Below are positions 1 through 7,487 of a stretch of 20,000 bases of DNA, in pieces; position 1 is the stretch's first letter; every line of letters begins with the position of its first letter. This stretch comes from an uncultured virus (IMG/VR IMGVR_UViG_3300030329_003775) (Duplodnaviria; Heunggongvirae; Uroviricota; Caudoviricetes). The stretch lies in the IMG/VR virus record IMGVR_UViG_3300030329_003775. One strand, 5' to 3'. The notes under the pieces are model-generated. The model ran no database searches, was not told the DNA's origin, and saw only the letters and a program-made list of their open reading frames with translations. The translations under genes were made by a program, and so were the position numbers.

Positions 1-1
1 T

Positions 2-55
2 GAAAGACAGAGGTCGATGGCGAAGTACTTCAAGGATAAGGAGGCGCATAAATGA
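2..55 (+). CDS. 3' end of a truncated hypothetical gene (..ERQRSMAKYFKDKEAHK*)
   Basis: Open frame from the window edge ending in TGA 53-55, overlapping the next ATG (ATGA 52-55). Confidence 0.4.
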   Translation, partial: ERQRSMAKYFKDKEAHK

Positions 56-204
56 AATACAAAGTAGGATTAACCATACACAACTGCTTCGATGTTGAGG
101 CAGCTAACGAGCAAGAGGCTGAAGAGAAAGTCAGAGACCTCGGAATAGAGGAGACCTTATGTGACGCCCAATACGACATCGCCTATGTAAATAAGGAGGA
201 TTAA
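52..204 (+). CDS. Small hypothetical phage protein, 50 aa (MKYKVGLTIHNCFDVEAANEQEAEEKVRDLGIEETLCDAQYDIAYVNKED), not in the ORF track
   Basis: AAGGAGG SD at 38-44, ATG 52, TAA 202-204; 'VEAxxxxEAEEK' pattern is common in small phage proteins; fills the space up to the next gene. Confidence 0.8.
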   Translation: MKYKVGLTIHNCFDVEAANEQEAEEKVRDLGIEETLCDAQYDIAYVNKED

Positions 205-207
205 ATT

Positions 208-555
208 ATGACCAAAAAAACATACGTGTGTGAGAGATGTGGAAGCAAAAAAGTGGAGGTAGATGCCTTGGCGAGATGGGACGAGGTGACCCAGTCATGG
301 TTCATGACGAATGTCTTTGAGCATCATTCGAGAAGTGTCGTCTGCAACGAAGAAGGGTGCGAGTCCCACAGGGTAAAGAAGGTTGATCTAGACTGTGATG
401 CTCGCGAGCTTTATCGGGCGCGTGTTGTGGCAGAGGTAACGAACAAGATCATGTTAGAGTTCCCTGAAAAGTCACGCCATAAGGCGTGGGCAAAATTGGA
501 CCGCATGAATTCCGAAGCCTACAAGACTATTAATAAATTGGAGAACAAGTATTAA
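208..555 (+). CDS. Hypothetical protein with N-terminal zinc-ribbon-like motif
   Basis: AAGGAGG SD upstream; CERC and CNEEGC cysteine pairs. Confidence 0.75.
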   Translation: MTKKTYVCERCGSKKVEVDALARWDEVTQSWFMTNVFEHHSRSVVCNEEGCESHRVKKVDLDCDARELYRARVVAEVTNKIMLEFPEKSRHKAWAKLDRMNSEAYKTINKLENKY

Positions 556-629
556 ACGGAAAGGGAATTAACAGTGACAGTCACCACAGTTAAAGCAGCA
601 ATCGCACTAATGCACGAACCGGAGATAGA
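552..629 (+). repeat. 78-bp direct repeat, copy 1 (SD region plus first 18 codons of ORF 574)
   Basis: 71/78 identical to 1580-1657 by manual alignment. Confidence 0.95.
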
Positions 630-870
630 TAGTCTCTGGGAGTATGAGGATGCATTTGGGCAACCTCTTTGGGCAGCGTTTATACACGGACAGTATTGCG
701 ACATTTACTTTGGTTCTTGTACTGCCCTGAAGCATGACGGAGAGATTACAGGCATGGGCAGAGAGTTCCTTGAGGCTCACAAGGAGCGCAAGGAAGTAGA
801 GGAGATAGAGTATCCCGTCTCAACAGAGACTAAACGCTGGTGGCAGGGAAAGAGGGAGGAGGCTAGGTAG
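574..870 (+). CDS. Hypothetical protein, 98 aa
   Basis: GTG start after AAAGGGA; tight packing with both neighbours. Confidence 0.75.
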   Translation: MTVTTVKAAIALMHEPEIDSLWEYEDAFGQPLWAAFIHGQYCDIYFGSCTALKHDGEITGMGREFLEAHKERKEVEEIEYPVSTETKRWWQGKREEAR

Positions 871-871
871 T

Positions 872-1186
872 ATGGCTATAATACATGTAGATATAAAATT
901 CCACCCCGGAGACGATGCATATGCATTAATCCAGAGAGCTGCGGTGCGCCTAACAGTTGAAGAGGTGCATATAAGCAATACAGACATGAGCTTTCGTCGC
1001 AGCGACAAAAGGCAGCAAAGGCTGTGCGCTATTGATGCTCAAATAAAATACAGGTGCAGGGTGGCCAACGAGGAGGTGGCAACCAATCAGGGATTAAGGG
1101 AGTTCATGCATTGGATGGACGAAATTGATCTGTTTCGCACCCCCGAAGAACTCGCATCCTTTGTAAAGGAGGCCGTGGAGGAATAA
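872..1186 (+). CDS. Hypothetical phage protein, 104 aa
   Basis: GGAGG SD; 'KFxxGD...LFxTxEEL' pattern resembles small phage hypothetical proteins; 1-2 nt spacing to neighbours. Confidence 0.75.
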   Translation: MAIIHVDIKFHPGDDAYALIQRAAVRLTVEEVHISNTDMSFRRSDKRQQRLCAIDAQIKYRCRVANEEVATNQGLREFMHWMDEIDLFRTPEELASFVKEAVEE

Positions 1187-1188
1187 AT

Positions 1189-1371
1189 ATGAAATACAAT
1201 CACGCATATACAATCGCGTTCTCGCTTGAGTCTAATCACCCCAAAGGAAATGACGTAACGCCCGACATGTTTAGGACGGCGTTGCTCAATAGAATCAAAG
1301 ACTTGGATAGCTCAAACGAATGGGGCGAGGTAGCCTCAGAGTACCCTTATGATACTTACGAAATTGATTAA
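1189..1371 (+). CDS. Hypothetical protein, 60 aa
   Basis: GGAGGA SD, ATG 2 nt after the previous stop. Confidence 0.75.
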   Translation: MKYNHAYTIAFSLESNHPKGNDVTPDMFRTALLNRIKDLDSSNEWGEVASEYPYDTYEID

Positions 1372-1372
1372 A

Positions 1373-1588
1373 ATGGCAACAGTACCAGACCAGATATATA
1401 AAAGTTGGGACATTCATGGGGACGAGAGAAAGCCAGAGCAGCTTGAGCTGCCCGGCACATCAGATCCTGGACGTGCAACACACACTGAAATCGCAAACTT
1501 CTGGGCCGAGCTAAGGGCTCAGATCGAGGAGGGCTCAAAGGTTACTAGCATTATAGATACAGAAACGGAGGACACTTGGTTAAACTGA
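1373..1588 (+). CDS. Hypothetical protein, 71 aa (start re-placed from 1349 to ATG 1373)
   Basis: In-frame ATG 1 nt after the upstream TAA avoids overlap. Confidence 0.65.
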   Translation: MATVPDQIYKSWDIHGDERKPEQLELPGTSDPGRATHTEIANFWAELRAQIEEGSKVTSIIDTETEDTWLN

Positions 1589-1657
1589 AAGGGAATTAAC
1601 AGTGATAGTCACAACAGTTAAAGCAGCGATTGCATTAATGCACGAACCGGAAATAGA
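1580..1657 (+). repeat. 78-bp direct repeat, copy 2
   Basis: 71/78 identical to 552-629. Confidence 0.95.
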
Positions 1658-1694
1658 GAAAGCATCTAAAGAAATGGAGGTGAGCGATGAGTAG
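1602..1694 (+). CDS. 30-aa micro-ORF (MIVTTVKAAIALMHEPEIEKASKEMEVSDE), truncated paralogue of ORF 574
   Basis: Same leader and GTG start as ORF 574; TAG 1692-1694 overlaps the next gene; differences from copy 1 are mostly synonymous. Confidence 0.6.
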   Translation: MIVTTVKAAIALMHEPEIEKASKEMEVSDE

Positions 1695-1947
1695 CGCACA
1701 AAGCGAGGAGGCACTGGCAGGACAATGGGAGCCGTGGGAAAGGCAGCCTCGGTTTCAACTGGCCCTGCCACACAACGGCAACGGCATCATACACTTATAT
1801 GAACACGATTCTAAAAGCCGCACGTTACGCGGACGGGCGATGTTTCAAGACAACAACCTAGATTTTGCCCGCCGCGTCACGGCGCTATTGAACTCAAAAT
1901 ACTACGGAATGCACATGAAGCAGGCTTGGATCGAAGAGAACACATGA
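1687..1947 (+). CDS. Hypothetical protein, 86 aa
   Basis: GGAGGTGA SD upstream of ATG. Confidence 0.75.
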   Translation: MSSAQSEEALAGQWEPWERQPRFQLALPHNGNGIIHLYEHDSKSRTLRGRAMFQDNNLDFARRVTALLNSKYYGMHMKQAWIEENT

Positions 1948-1970
1948 AATACAGAAAGGAAGCGAAATGA
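1944..1970 (+). CDS. Possible 8-aa bridging micro-ORF MKYRKEAK
   Basis: ATGA overlap with the upstream stop (1944-1947) and ATGA overlap with the downstream start (1967-1970). Confidence 0.3.
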   Translation: MKYRKEAK

Positions 1971-2170
1971 CAGCGAACAACCGACCAGACGAGTTTGTTG
2001 GCAAAGGATTCTATGACATGGGCGATCATAGCCCTGTTGCAATTATGCCTGACAATCAAGTCAATGACGACTGGCACTATAAGTTGCAGGAGTTAGTCCA
2101 TGAGCGCACTGACTTATGTTGGCATGAGGATGTGTGTGATTGGGAGGAATGCGTAACCGGAGGTGAATAA
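1967..2170 (+). CDS. Hypothetical acidic protein, 67 aa
   Basis: AAAGGA SD; tight packing. Confidence 0.65.
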   Translation: MTANNRPDEFVGKGFYDMGDHSPVAIMPDNQVNDDWHYKLQELVHERTDLCWHEDVCDWEECVTGGE

Positions 2171-2173
2171 ATC

Positions 2174-2611
2174 ATGGGACTGGACCAATACGCGTACTAC
2201 AGAAAGCCGGAGCCTACTGAAGAGGCTGTGGTCAGGAAACTCCTAGATGAGAGACGGGAGGATTTTCCAATTATGCAATGGAGGAAAGTTTGGGAGCTTC
2301 AAGAGTACATGCATAACTTGTGGTTTGAAAAGGAAGGGTTCGCGGGCACTGAATCCCCTCCTGAGTTTAATTGCATAGAGGTGGAGCTCAACGAAGAAGA
2401 CCTAAATAAACTGAGCAATGCTATAGAGAAGCCTGAGTTCTGGGCTGCTGATGAAGAAAGCGCTGTTTGGTTTGGTAACAGTGATCAGCGTAGAGGTAAA
2501 GAGAAGCTTGACGAGTCCTACAAGCCGCTCGATGACACACGGGAGTTCATTAAGGAGTCGAAGCGCCAGATATCAAAAGGCAATAGGGTTTATTACAATA
2601 GCTGGTACTAA
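2174..2611 (+). CDS. Hypothetical phage protein ('MGLDQY...WRK...FNC...YYxSW' type)
   Basis: GGAGGTGA SD; motif pattern recognised as recurrent in phage hypothetical proteins; function unknown. Confidence 0.8.
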   Translation: MGLDQYAYYRKPEPTEEAVVRKLLDERREDFPIMQWRKVWELQEYMHNLWFEKEGFAGTESPPEFNCIEVELNEEDLNKLSNAIEKPEFWAADEESAVWFGNSDQRRGKEKLDESYKPLDDTREFIKESKRQISKGNRVYYNSWY

Positions 2612-2625
2612 AAGGAGGAATACCA

Positions 2626-3120
2626 ATGGGAAGAATATCTGTGAAGTGGGGTGAGGCTGAGAGAGAAAAACAATGGATGCTTGACCCCAGCGAGGATGTA
2701 ACCGTCTCCCTCATTGCTCTGGCAAAAATGGAAGGGCGAGAAATCCGTGAGGCGGAACCTGGCGTGGAATACATTAAGGCAAGGCACCTCGTTGAGAATG
2801 GCTGGGGAGGGCCATTTCACTTGGTAAGCAACCCCAATAACACCGACCCGGAGAAGCAAACCCCCCTTTCTCTTGAGTACTGGGCCCCAGAGCTATACAG
2901 CCACGGGATAACCAACTCAAGGTTAGCTGGGGCTTGCCACAGCACGGGAATAAAATACGCCCGAGTGATGAATGGATGGCAACGGAGGGGCAGGGGATCT
3001 TACGAGCCTGCGCCTGATGGCATATGTGTTAGTGTCCTTCACATGAGGCCCTTGCGTGAATACCTCATCAAGGAATGGTCAGAGGAACACCCTATCCTCA
3101 AAAGTCTGGAAAGGTATTGA
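2626..3120 (+). CDS. Hypothetical protein, 164 aa
   Basis: AAGGAGG SD upstream of ATG; last gene of the small-gene array. Confidence 0.75.
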   Translation: MGRISVKWGEAEREKQWMLDPSEDVTVSLIALAKMEGREIREAEPGVEYIKARHLVENGWGGPFHLVSNPNNTDPEKQTPLSLEYWAPELYSHGITNSRLAGACHSTGIKYARVMNGWQRRGRGSYEPAPDGICVSVLHMRPLREYLIKEWSEEHPILKSLERY

Positions 3121-3138
3121 CAAATGATACCCTTCCAG
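3106..3138. repeat. Inverted repeat CTGGAAAGGTAT-N9-ATACCCTTCCAG (candidate operator, recombination site or antisense terminator)
   Basis: Arms 3106-3117 and 3127-3138 are 11/12 complementary. Confidence 0.85.
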
Positions 3139-3144
3139 TAGGTT
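3117..3144 (+). promoter_or_regulatory. Putative sigma70-type promoter for the HTH-integrase-terminase genes
   Basis: Perfect TTGACA 3117-3122, 16-nt spacer, TAGGTT (TAnnnT) 3139-3144, at the module boundary upstream of ATG 3168/3180. Confidence 0.5.
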
Positions 3145-3167
3145 ATATCGCACGCCGTTCTGGCGAT

Positions 3168-3527
3168 ATGCTGAATGATATGTTTTGGAAGCGCCTAGAC
3201 AGATACCCCCCCGTGCTCTGCAGATTGCTGGCTCGACAGAAGCGAGGCAGACCCCTGACGACTCGAGAGATCGCTGAAACCAGTGGCTTACCACCCGCCA
3301 AGGTCGAGGCGATCTCCGAGTCTGTCAATTGGGATGGCGTTGGGGTCTACGAAATGCGCGGATTCACCAAGGCATGTGGGTGTGACTTCACCAATCAGTC
3401 CGACATGAGGCGTGTGGAGGACTACCTTCGCAAGCGCCCCAAGTTCACCTACCTCAGAAAATCTCCATTCTGGCGAGAGTACTACTATCCGCTTGTGATA
3501 AAGTGGATGTCCACTAATGAACCTTGA
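3168..3527 (+). CDS. Putative helix-turn-helix DNA-binding protein (start 3168 or 3180 rather than 3075)
   Basis: LTTREIAETSGLPPAKVEAI fits the HTH pattern; a later start avoids the overlap with ORF 2626 and lies downstream of the promoter. Confidence 0.6.
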   Translation: MLNDMFWKRLDRYPPVLCRLLARQKRGRPLTTREIAETSGLPPAKVEAISESVNWDGVGVYEMRGFTKACGCDFTNQSDMRRVEDYLRKRPKFTYLRKSPFWREYYYPLVIKWMSTNEP

Positions 3528-3894
3528 ACTTCCCCAAGAGCAGCTCGACAAGGCACTAAGGGAAGATGCCCTCGTAAGTAAGCTTACAAGGGAAATAGAG
3601 GGACTGATCTCAAGGCACAGTGAAAAAGAGCAGGAAAGAGCAAGGGAATCTGAGAGGCTCTATAGGGAATCCATCAGGCTACGTAAGGAATCAAAGGCCA
3701 TGCTGACCGAGTCAGGCAGGCTCAGGAGAAGGTCGGTAACATTAGCCAAAAAGAAGCCAGTCCCTCATCTTCCGGAGCTGAAGAGAAGGCTACTGAACAG
3801 GAAGAACACAATAAGAAAGCGAGAACTTGATAAGTTCCTCGCAACCCAGCGGAACAATTTCCTTAAATACTGGGACCAACGACAAGGAATCTAG
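3517..3894 (+). CDS. Basic, coiled-coil-like hypothetical protein, 125 aa
   Basis: Overlaps the upstream stop by 11 nt; R/K/E/L-rich helical composition. Confidence 0.7.
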   Translation: MNLELPQEQLDKALREDALVSKLTREIEGLISRHSEKEQERARESERLYRESIRLRKESKAMLTESGRLRRRSVTLAKKKPVPHLPELKRRLLNRKNTIRKRELDKFLATQRNNFLKYWDQRQGI

Positions 3895-3900
3895 GCAACA

Positions 3901-4959
3901 ATGAAAATAGTAAAGAAACCAAGTGGGTATCTGTATGCGGTCTTCAAGGGAGAAGACGGCAGGCAGCGTGAGGTATCAACCAGAACCAAGAGCAGGGCCA
4001 AGGCAAATAGGATTGTAAAAGAATCAAACCTCGAGGCCCTTGAGATGGCTGCGCAGGCTCAAGCCCTTACGGCTGAGTCCATCACGCGCATCGTGTCCGG
4101 TAAGAGGGTCACCATAAGTCAGGCCATTAACTTCTGGGAGTCTCGACTTAGCCTGAGGGGCCGAGCCCCCAAGACAATACACAATAGCGTCAGCTCGGTG
4201 AATCGGTGGGTTGAGGAGCTAAAGTTAGCACACCGGCCACCGGCTTTTGTTACCCACAACCATGTCCATAAATACATCAACAGCGACAGGTCCAAATCCA
4301 AGGCCAGCTCCAGAAGGGTTGTCCTTTCAGCGATCAGGAGCTTCCTTGAGTTCTGCTGTGGAGAGGGCTGGCGGGTTGGCAACCCAGCGAAAGAGGTTGA
4401 TGTTAACATGGGGCTTTTGGATCACGAGCAAAAGGAAACCAAGCAGCCCAACCTGTTCACGGCAGATGAGGTTAAGCACTTTGTCGCCGTTACTGATGAC
4501 ATCTTCTGGAGGCTTGCTGCGCAGCTGTCCTTTGAGACAGGGCTAAGGCTTGGTGACATATGCGGGCTTGAGTGGAAGTGTATAGATGACGGCAAGATAA
4601 CCGTGTGGACCGGCAAAAGGGACAAAAGGGTGGGGCCTTTTAAGCTGTCCAGAAAGGCCATGTCCCTACTGAAGAAGGTGCCAGCAGTGAGCAGCAAGTA
4701 CGTTTTCCCAGAGCAGCGAGAGATACAGTCGTCACCGACGCGACGGGCGCTCCTGTCTGTCCAGTTCAAGCGGCACAGCGAGGCCGCTGGTCTCTCTGAT
4801 AAATCATTTCATGGCCTCAGGCACACTTATGCGTCTATTAAATATAAGGACGAGAAGGAGAAGCTGATCGAGAAGCTGCAACAGGAGCTTGCCGAACTCG
4901 AGGTGGCTGAGGCCATGGGGCATAGCTCTACCAAGACAACCAAGGGATACATACACTGA
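3901..4959 (+). CDS. int: Tyrosine recombinase / phage integrase, 352 aa
   Basis: Catalytic set visible: TGLRLGDI (R), GKRDK (candidate K), HGLRH (HxxR), MGHSS (H), TTKGYIH (Y); core-binding segment (APKTI...LSAIRSFL...GNPA); N-terminal arm-binding-like segment. Confidence 0.95.
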   Translation: MKIVKKPSGYLYAVFKGEDGRQREVSTRTKSRAKANRIVKESNLEALEMAAQAQALTAESITRIVSGKRVTISQAINFWESRLSLRGRAPKTIHNSVSSVNRWVEELKLAHRPPAFVTHNHVHKYINSDRSKSKASSRRVVLSAIRSFLEFCCGEGWRVGNPAKEVDVNMGLLDHEQKETKQPNLFTADEVKHFVAVTDDIFWRLAAQLSFETGLRLGDICGLEWKCIDDGKITVWTGKRDKRVGPFKLSRKAMSLLKKVPAVSSKYVFPEQREIQSSPTRRALLSVQFKRHSEAAGLSDKSFHGLRHTYASIKYKDEKEKLIEKLQQELAELEVAEAMGHSSTKTTKGYIH

Positions 4960-5687
4960 CTGACGAGCAGCGAGAGCGCATCGACGATGCGATGAAGAAG
5001 GGCGGCACACAGAAGAATGCTGCCGCTCTTCTTGGCATGAACCAGCGCTCACTCCAGTCACGCATCCGCAAGGACCCACTGCTTCGCAGTCGGTGGATAA
5101 AGGAACGGAGTAGGTACAGTAAGGTCAGGGAGCTGCCGCCCCACGAGGAATCTCCAGACTTGGGCCGCACTTCTCCTCCCATCAACAAGATTGACGGCGA
5201 GGTCATAGCTCCCGACCTCGGCCTTGCAGAGGCAATGGCGAGGGAGGACGCCAATCTTAAGTACGGCCTCGAGGCCATCGGCCTATCAAAAGATGCCCAA
5301 GAAACAGCCATATCCCTGCAAAAGTTTCATAACAAACATTTCACAAAGGCTATCGAGATCATCGGTGGCGGCATGACCAAGACCTTTGTTGAGTTAATGG
5401 CCGAGGTGGAGCAGATTAATGAGAGGCTTGCCAGCGGAGGCCTTACCCTTGAGGAAGAGCAAATGCTCAGGCAGGACAGGTCAAGGCTGCTTGAGGCGCA
5501 GGGCAGGACCTATGACCGGGCACAGAAGGCTGCCATGACGCAGGCCGTTATCAAGCATAGGCTGGCTGACGCCGCAGGCGACAAGAACGCCCAGAGAGGC
5601 AAGCCAGGGTTCCAGCCCATCGTAAACGCCATAAAGATTGAAGCAGACGGGGACGTTAAGGTAAGTGGACAAGGCAACACAGATTAA
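4956..5687 (+). CDS. Probable terminase small subunit with N-terminal Fis-like HTH (CTG 4956 proposed; first ATG is 4992)
   Basis: ERIDDAMKKGGTQKNAAALLGMNQRSLQSRIRK is Fis/HTH_8-like; helical middle and beta-like C-terminus; directly upstream of and overlapping terL. The TerS role is inferred from position and architecture. Confidence 0.6.
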   Translation: MTDEQRERIDDAMKKGGTQKNAAALLGMNQRSLQSRIRKDPLLRSRWIKERSRYSKVRELPPHEESPDLGRTSPPINKIDGEVIAPDLGLAEAMAREDANLKYGLEAIGLSKDAQETAISLQKFHNKHFTKAIEIIGGGMTKTFVELMAEVEQINERLASGGLTLEEEQMLRQDRSRLLEAQGRTYDRAQKAAMTQAVIKHRLADAAGDKNAQRGKPGFQPIVNAIKIEADGDVKVSGQGNTD

Positions 5688-7191
5688 TGCGCTCACAGAA
5701 GCCTTCGGGGATGCGGGGTTTGACACCCCGCCAGAGTCTCCGTCTCAGTCTACAGATAGTAACTGGCATCCCGACCTGAATCCGACGCAAAAAACAATCT
5801 TCGAGGATACTTCAAAGTTTATTCTGGCTTACGGAGAGAAGGGGTCAGGGAAGACTCTTGGGCTGCTGTTCAAGCTTGTTCGCCATTGTTACGAGAACCA
5901 GAACGCACTCGCAATTGTTGTGTCCCCATCAATACGTACCGGAAAAGAGGGGGTTCTTCATGATCTTGAAACCATTGTCCTGCCCCAGTGGGGGGAGGGC
6001 ATCGGGCTGGAGTACACGCAGTCCAAGCTTGACCCCAACACAAAGGACCGGCACCTCTGGATTGGCAATAGATACAACGGGTGGTCCAAGGTTCTCTTGA
6101 TTTCCATCCCTTATGCTGACGCCGTGGAGCCACGGATAAAAGGCATGAGCCCATCCTTCCTCTACGTTGACGAGCTGACCAACTGCCATGGCCGTGAGTA
6201 CTTCCTTTACCCTGCGGCCCAGTTGAATCGTCGTCCAAACATAGAAGGCCCCCAGCAGTACACGGCCAGCTGCAACCCGGAGGGCCCATCTCACTGGGTC
6301 TACCGGACGTTCTTTGAGGAATGCGTTGACGAGGAGTCAGGCGAGAGGGACAAGGACTACAGCGTCTATCATGTACCCATCAAGGAGAACGTCCATCGGC
6401 TTCCGGAAACTTACGTTCAGTCACTCCGCCAGATACTCAGGAATGATCCTGTAGAGCGGCGGCGTCTCCTTGAGGGGGAATGGGTTGACCGGCCAAGCGG
6501 GGAGGCTCTCTTTCGTGAGTACTTTTCGCCCGAGCTCCATGTGCGTGGAGACGCTATCTCAGGCCGTGGCCTCATCCCGAAAGCCGGTCACCCAATAATA
6601 GTAGGTTACGACTTAGGGCAGGTCTTTTCCAGCGTTACTTTCCTCCAGTGCCTGCCGACCTCGGACGGGGTCAAGTGGATTGTCTTCGATGAAGTGGACC
6701 ACCTAGGCGAAAAGATCCTGTACAAGAACCTAGTCAGGGAGATCACCAGCAGGATGGACTACTGGAATAGGCGCTGCGAGAGCGACTTCCATTTTCAGCA
6801 CATATCGGATGATTCAGCCATTAACCAGTGGCATCCCGGCGGCGACGGCAGCTACGACGCATGGGACGTGGAGCGATACAGTGACGGCAGAATAAAATTA
6901 ATAGGCTGCCCGAAAGGCAAGGGCTCTGTTGAGGCGAGAGTCAGGCTGCTGAGCAACAAATTATTCCAAGACGAATTATACGTTTCCGCAACCTGCAGGA
7001 ATACAGTCGAAATGCTACACCAGCTAAGCGGAGACAGGGCCAACCCCACAAAGCCCAAGCGTTCTAGGTACATTCACAAGTTTGATAGCACCACTTACCC
7101 AATGTTTAAGCTAGAGCTGGCTGGCAAAAATTCCTTGCCTGTCAGGAATATTCAGCCACATTTGATAAAGTGTGGGGCCGGTATCTCGTGA
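5665..7191 (+). CDS. terL: Terminase large subunit, 508 aa
   Basis: LNPTQ Q-motif, Walker A GEKGSGKT, Walker B FLYVDE, coupling motif SCNP, LLEGEW, nuclease IVGYDLG and HKFDSTTY. Confidence 0.93.
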   Translation: MDKATQINALTEAFGDAGFDTPPESPSQSTDSNWHPDLNPTQKTIFEDTSKFILAYGEKGSGKTLGLLFKLVRHCYENQNALAIVVSPSIRTGKEGVLHDLETIVLPQWGEGIGLEYTQSKLDPNTKDRHLWIGNRYNGWSKVLLISIPYADAVEPRIKGMSPSFLYVDELTNCHGREYFLYPAAQLNRRPNIEGPQQYTASCNPEGPSHWVYRTFFEECVDEESGERDKDYSVYHVPIKENVHRLPETYVQSLRQILRNDPVERRRLLEGEWVDRPSGEALFREYFSPELHVRGDAISGRGLIPKAGHPIIVGYDLGQVFSSVTFLQCLPTSDGVKWIVFDEVDHLGEKILYKNLVREITSRMDYWNRRCESDFHFQHISDDSAINQWHPGGDGSYDAWDVERYSDGRIKLIGCPKGKGSVEARVRLLSNKLFQDELYVSATCRNTVEMLHQLSGDRANPTKPKRSRYIHKFDSTTYPMFKLELAGKNSLPVRNIQPHLIKCGAGIS

Positions 7192-7214
7192 TACCATAAA
7201 ATTAATGTAATAAT

Positions 7215-7487
7215 ATGCCAGCGTACAAAGACAAACTCGTATTAGACATCTCCGATGATGAGGTGATGAAGGATTATTTAGGCAGCAAGTCTGTCGGTGA
7301 CGAGTGCAGCTTCACTGTGTCGGCCAGCCTCGATGAAACCACAGAGGATCAGGCCGTATTCAGCATCATGAATGTCACAGTGAACTCTTACGATGAAGAG
7401 GAAGAAGTCATGGAAGAGGACTACTCCTCTGAGGAGGGAGCTCCTCCTGTGATGCTCATTGGACTCTCAAAGAAGGATAAAGCCTGA
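7215..7487 (+). CDS. Small acidic hypothetical protein, 90 aa
   Basis: Fills the space after terL; D/E-rich; AT-rich leader. Confidence 0.75.
   Translation: MPAYKDKLVLDISDDEVMKDYLGSKSVGDECSFTVSASLDETTEDQAVFSIMNVTVNSYDEEEEVMEEDYSSEEGAPPVMLIGLSKKDKA

Noticed and set aside
40..70. dif-like site (GCGCATAA resembles the XerC arm; AATGTATA near 13848 resembles the core)
   Set aside because: No matching XerD arm (TTATGTTAAAT) at either place; both overlap gene starts
3075..3167. N-terminal extension of the HTH ORF from ATG 3075
   Set aside because: Overlaps ORF 2626 by 46 nt and runs through the palindrome and promoter; ATG 3168 or 3180 is more plausible
52..4959. Integron-like system (small-gene cassettes plus tyrosine recombinase)
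   Set aside because: Genes are separated by only a few nucleotides with no attC-like palindromes; the insertion in this recombinase lies after HxxR, not where the IntI-specific insertion lies
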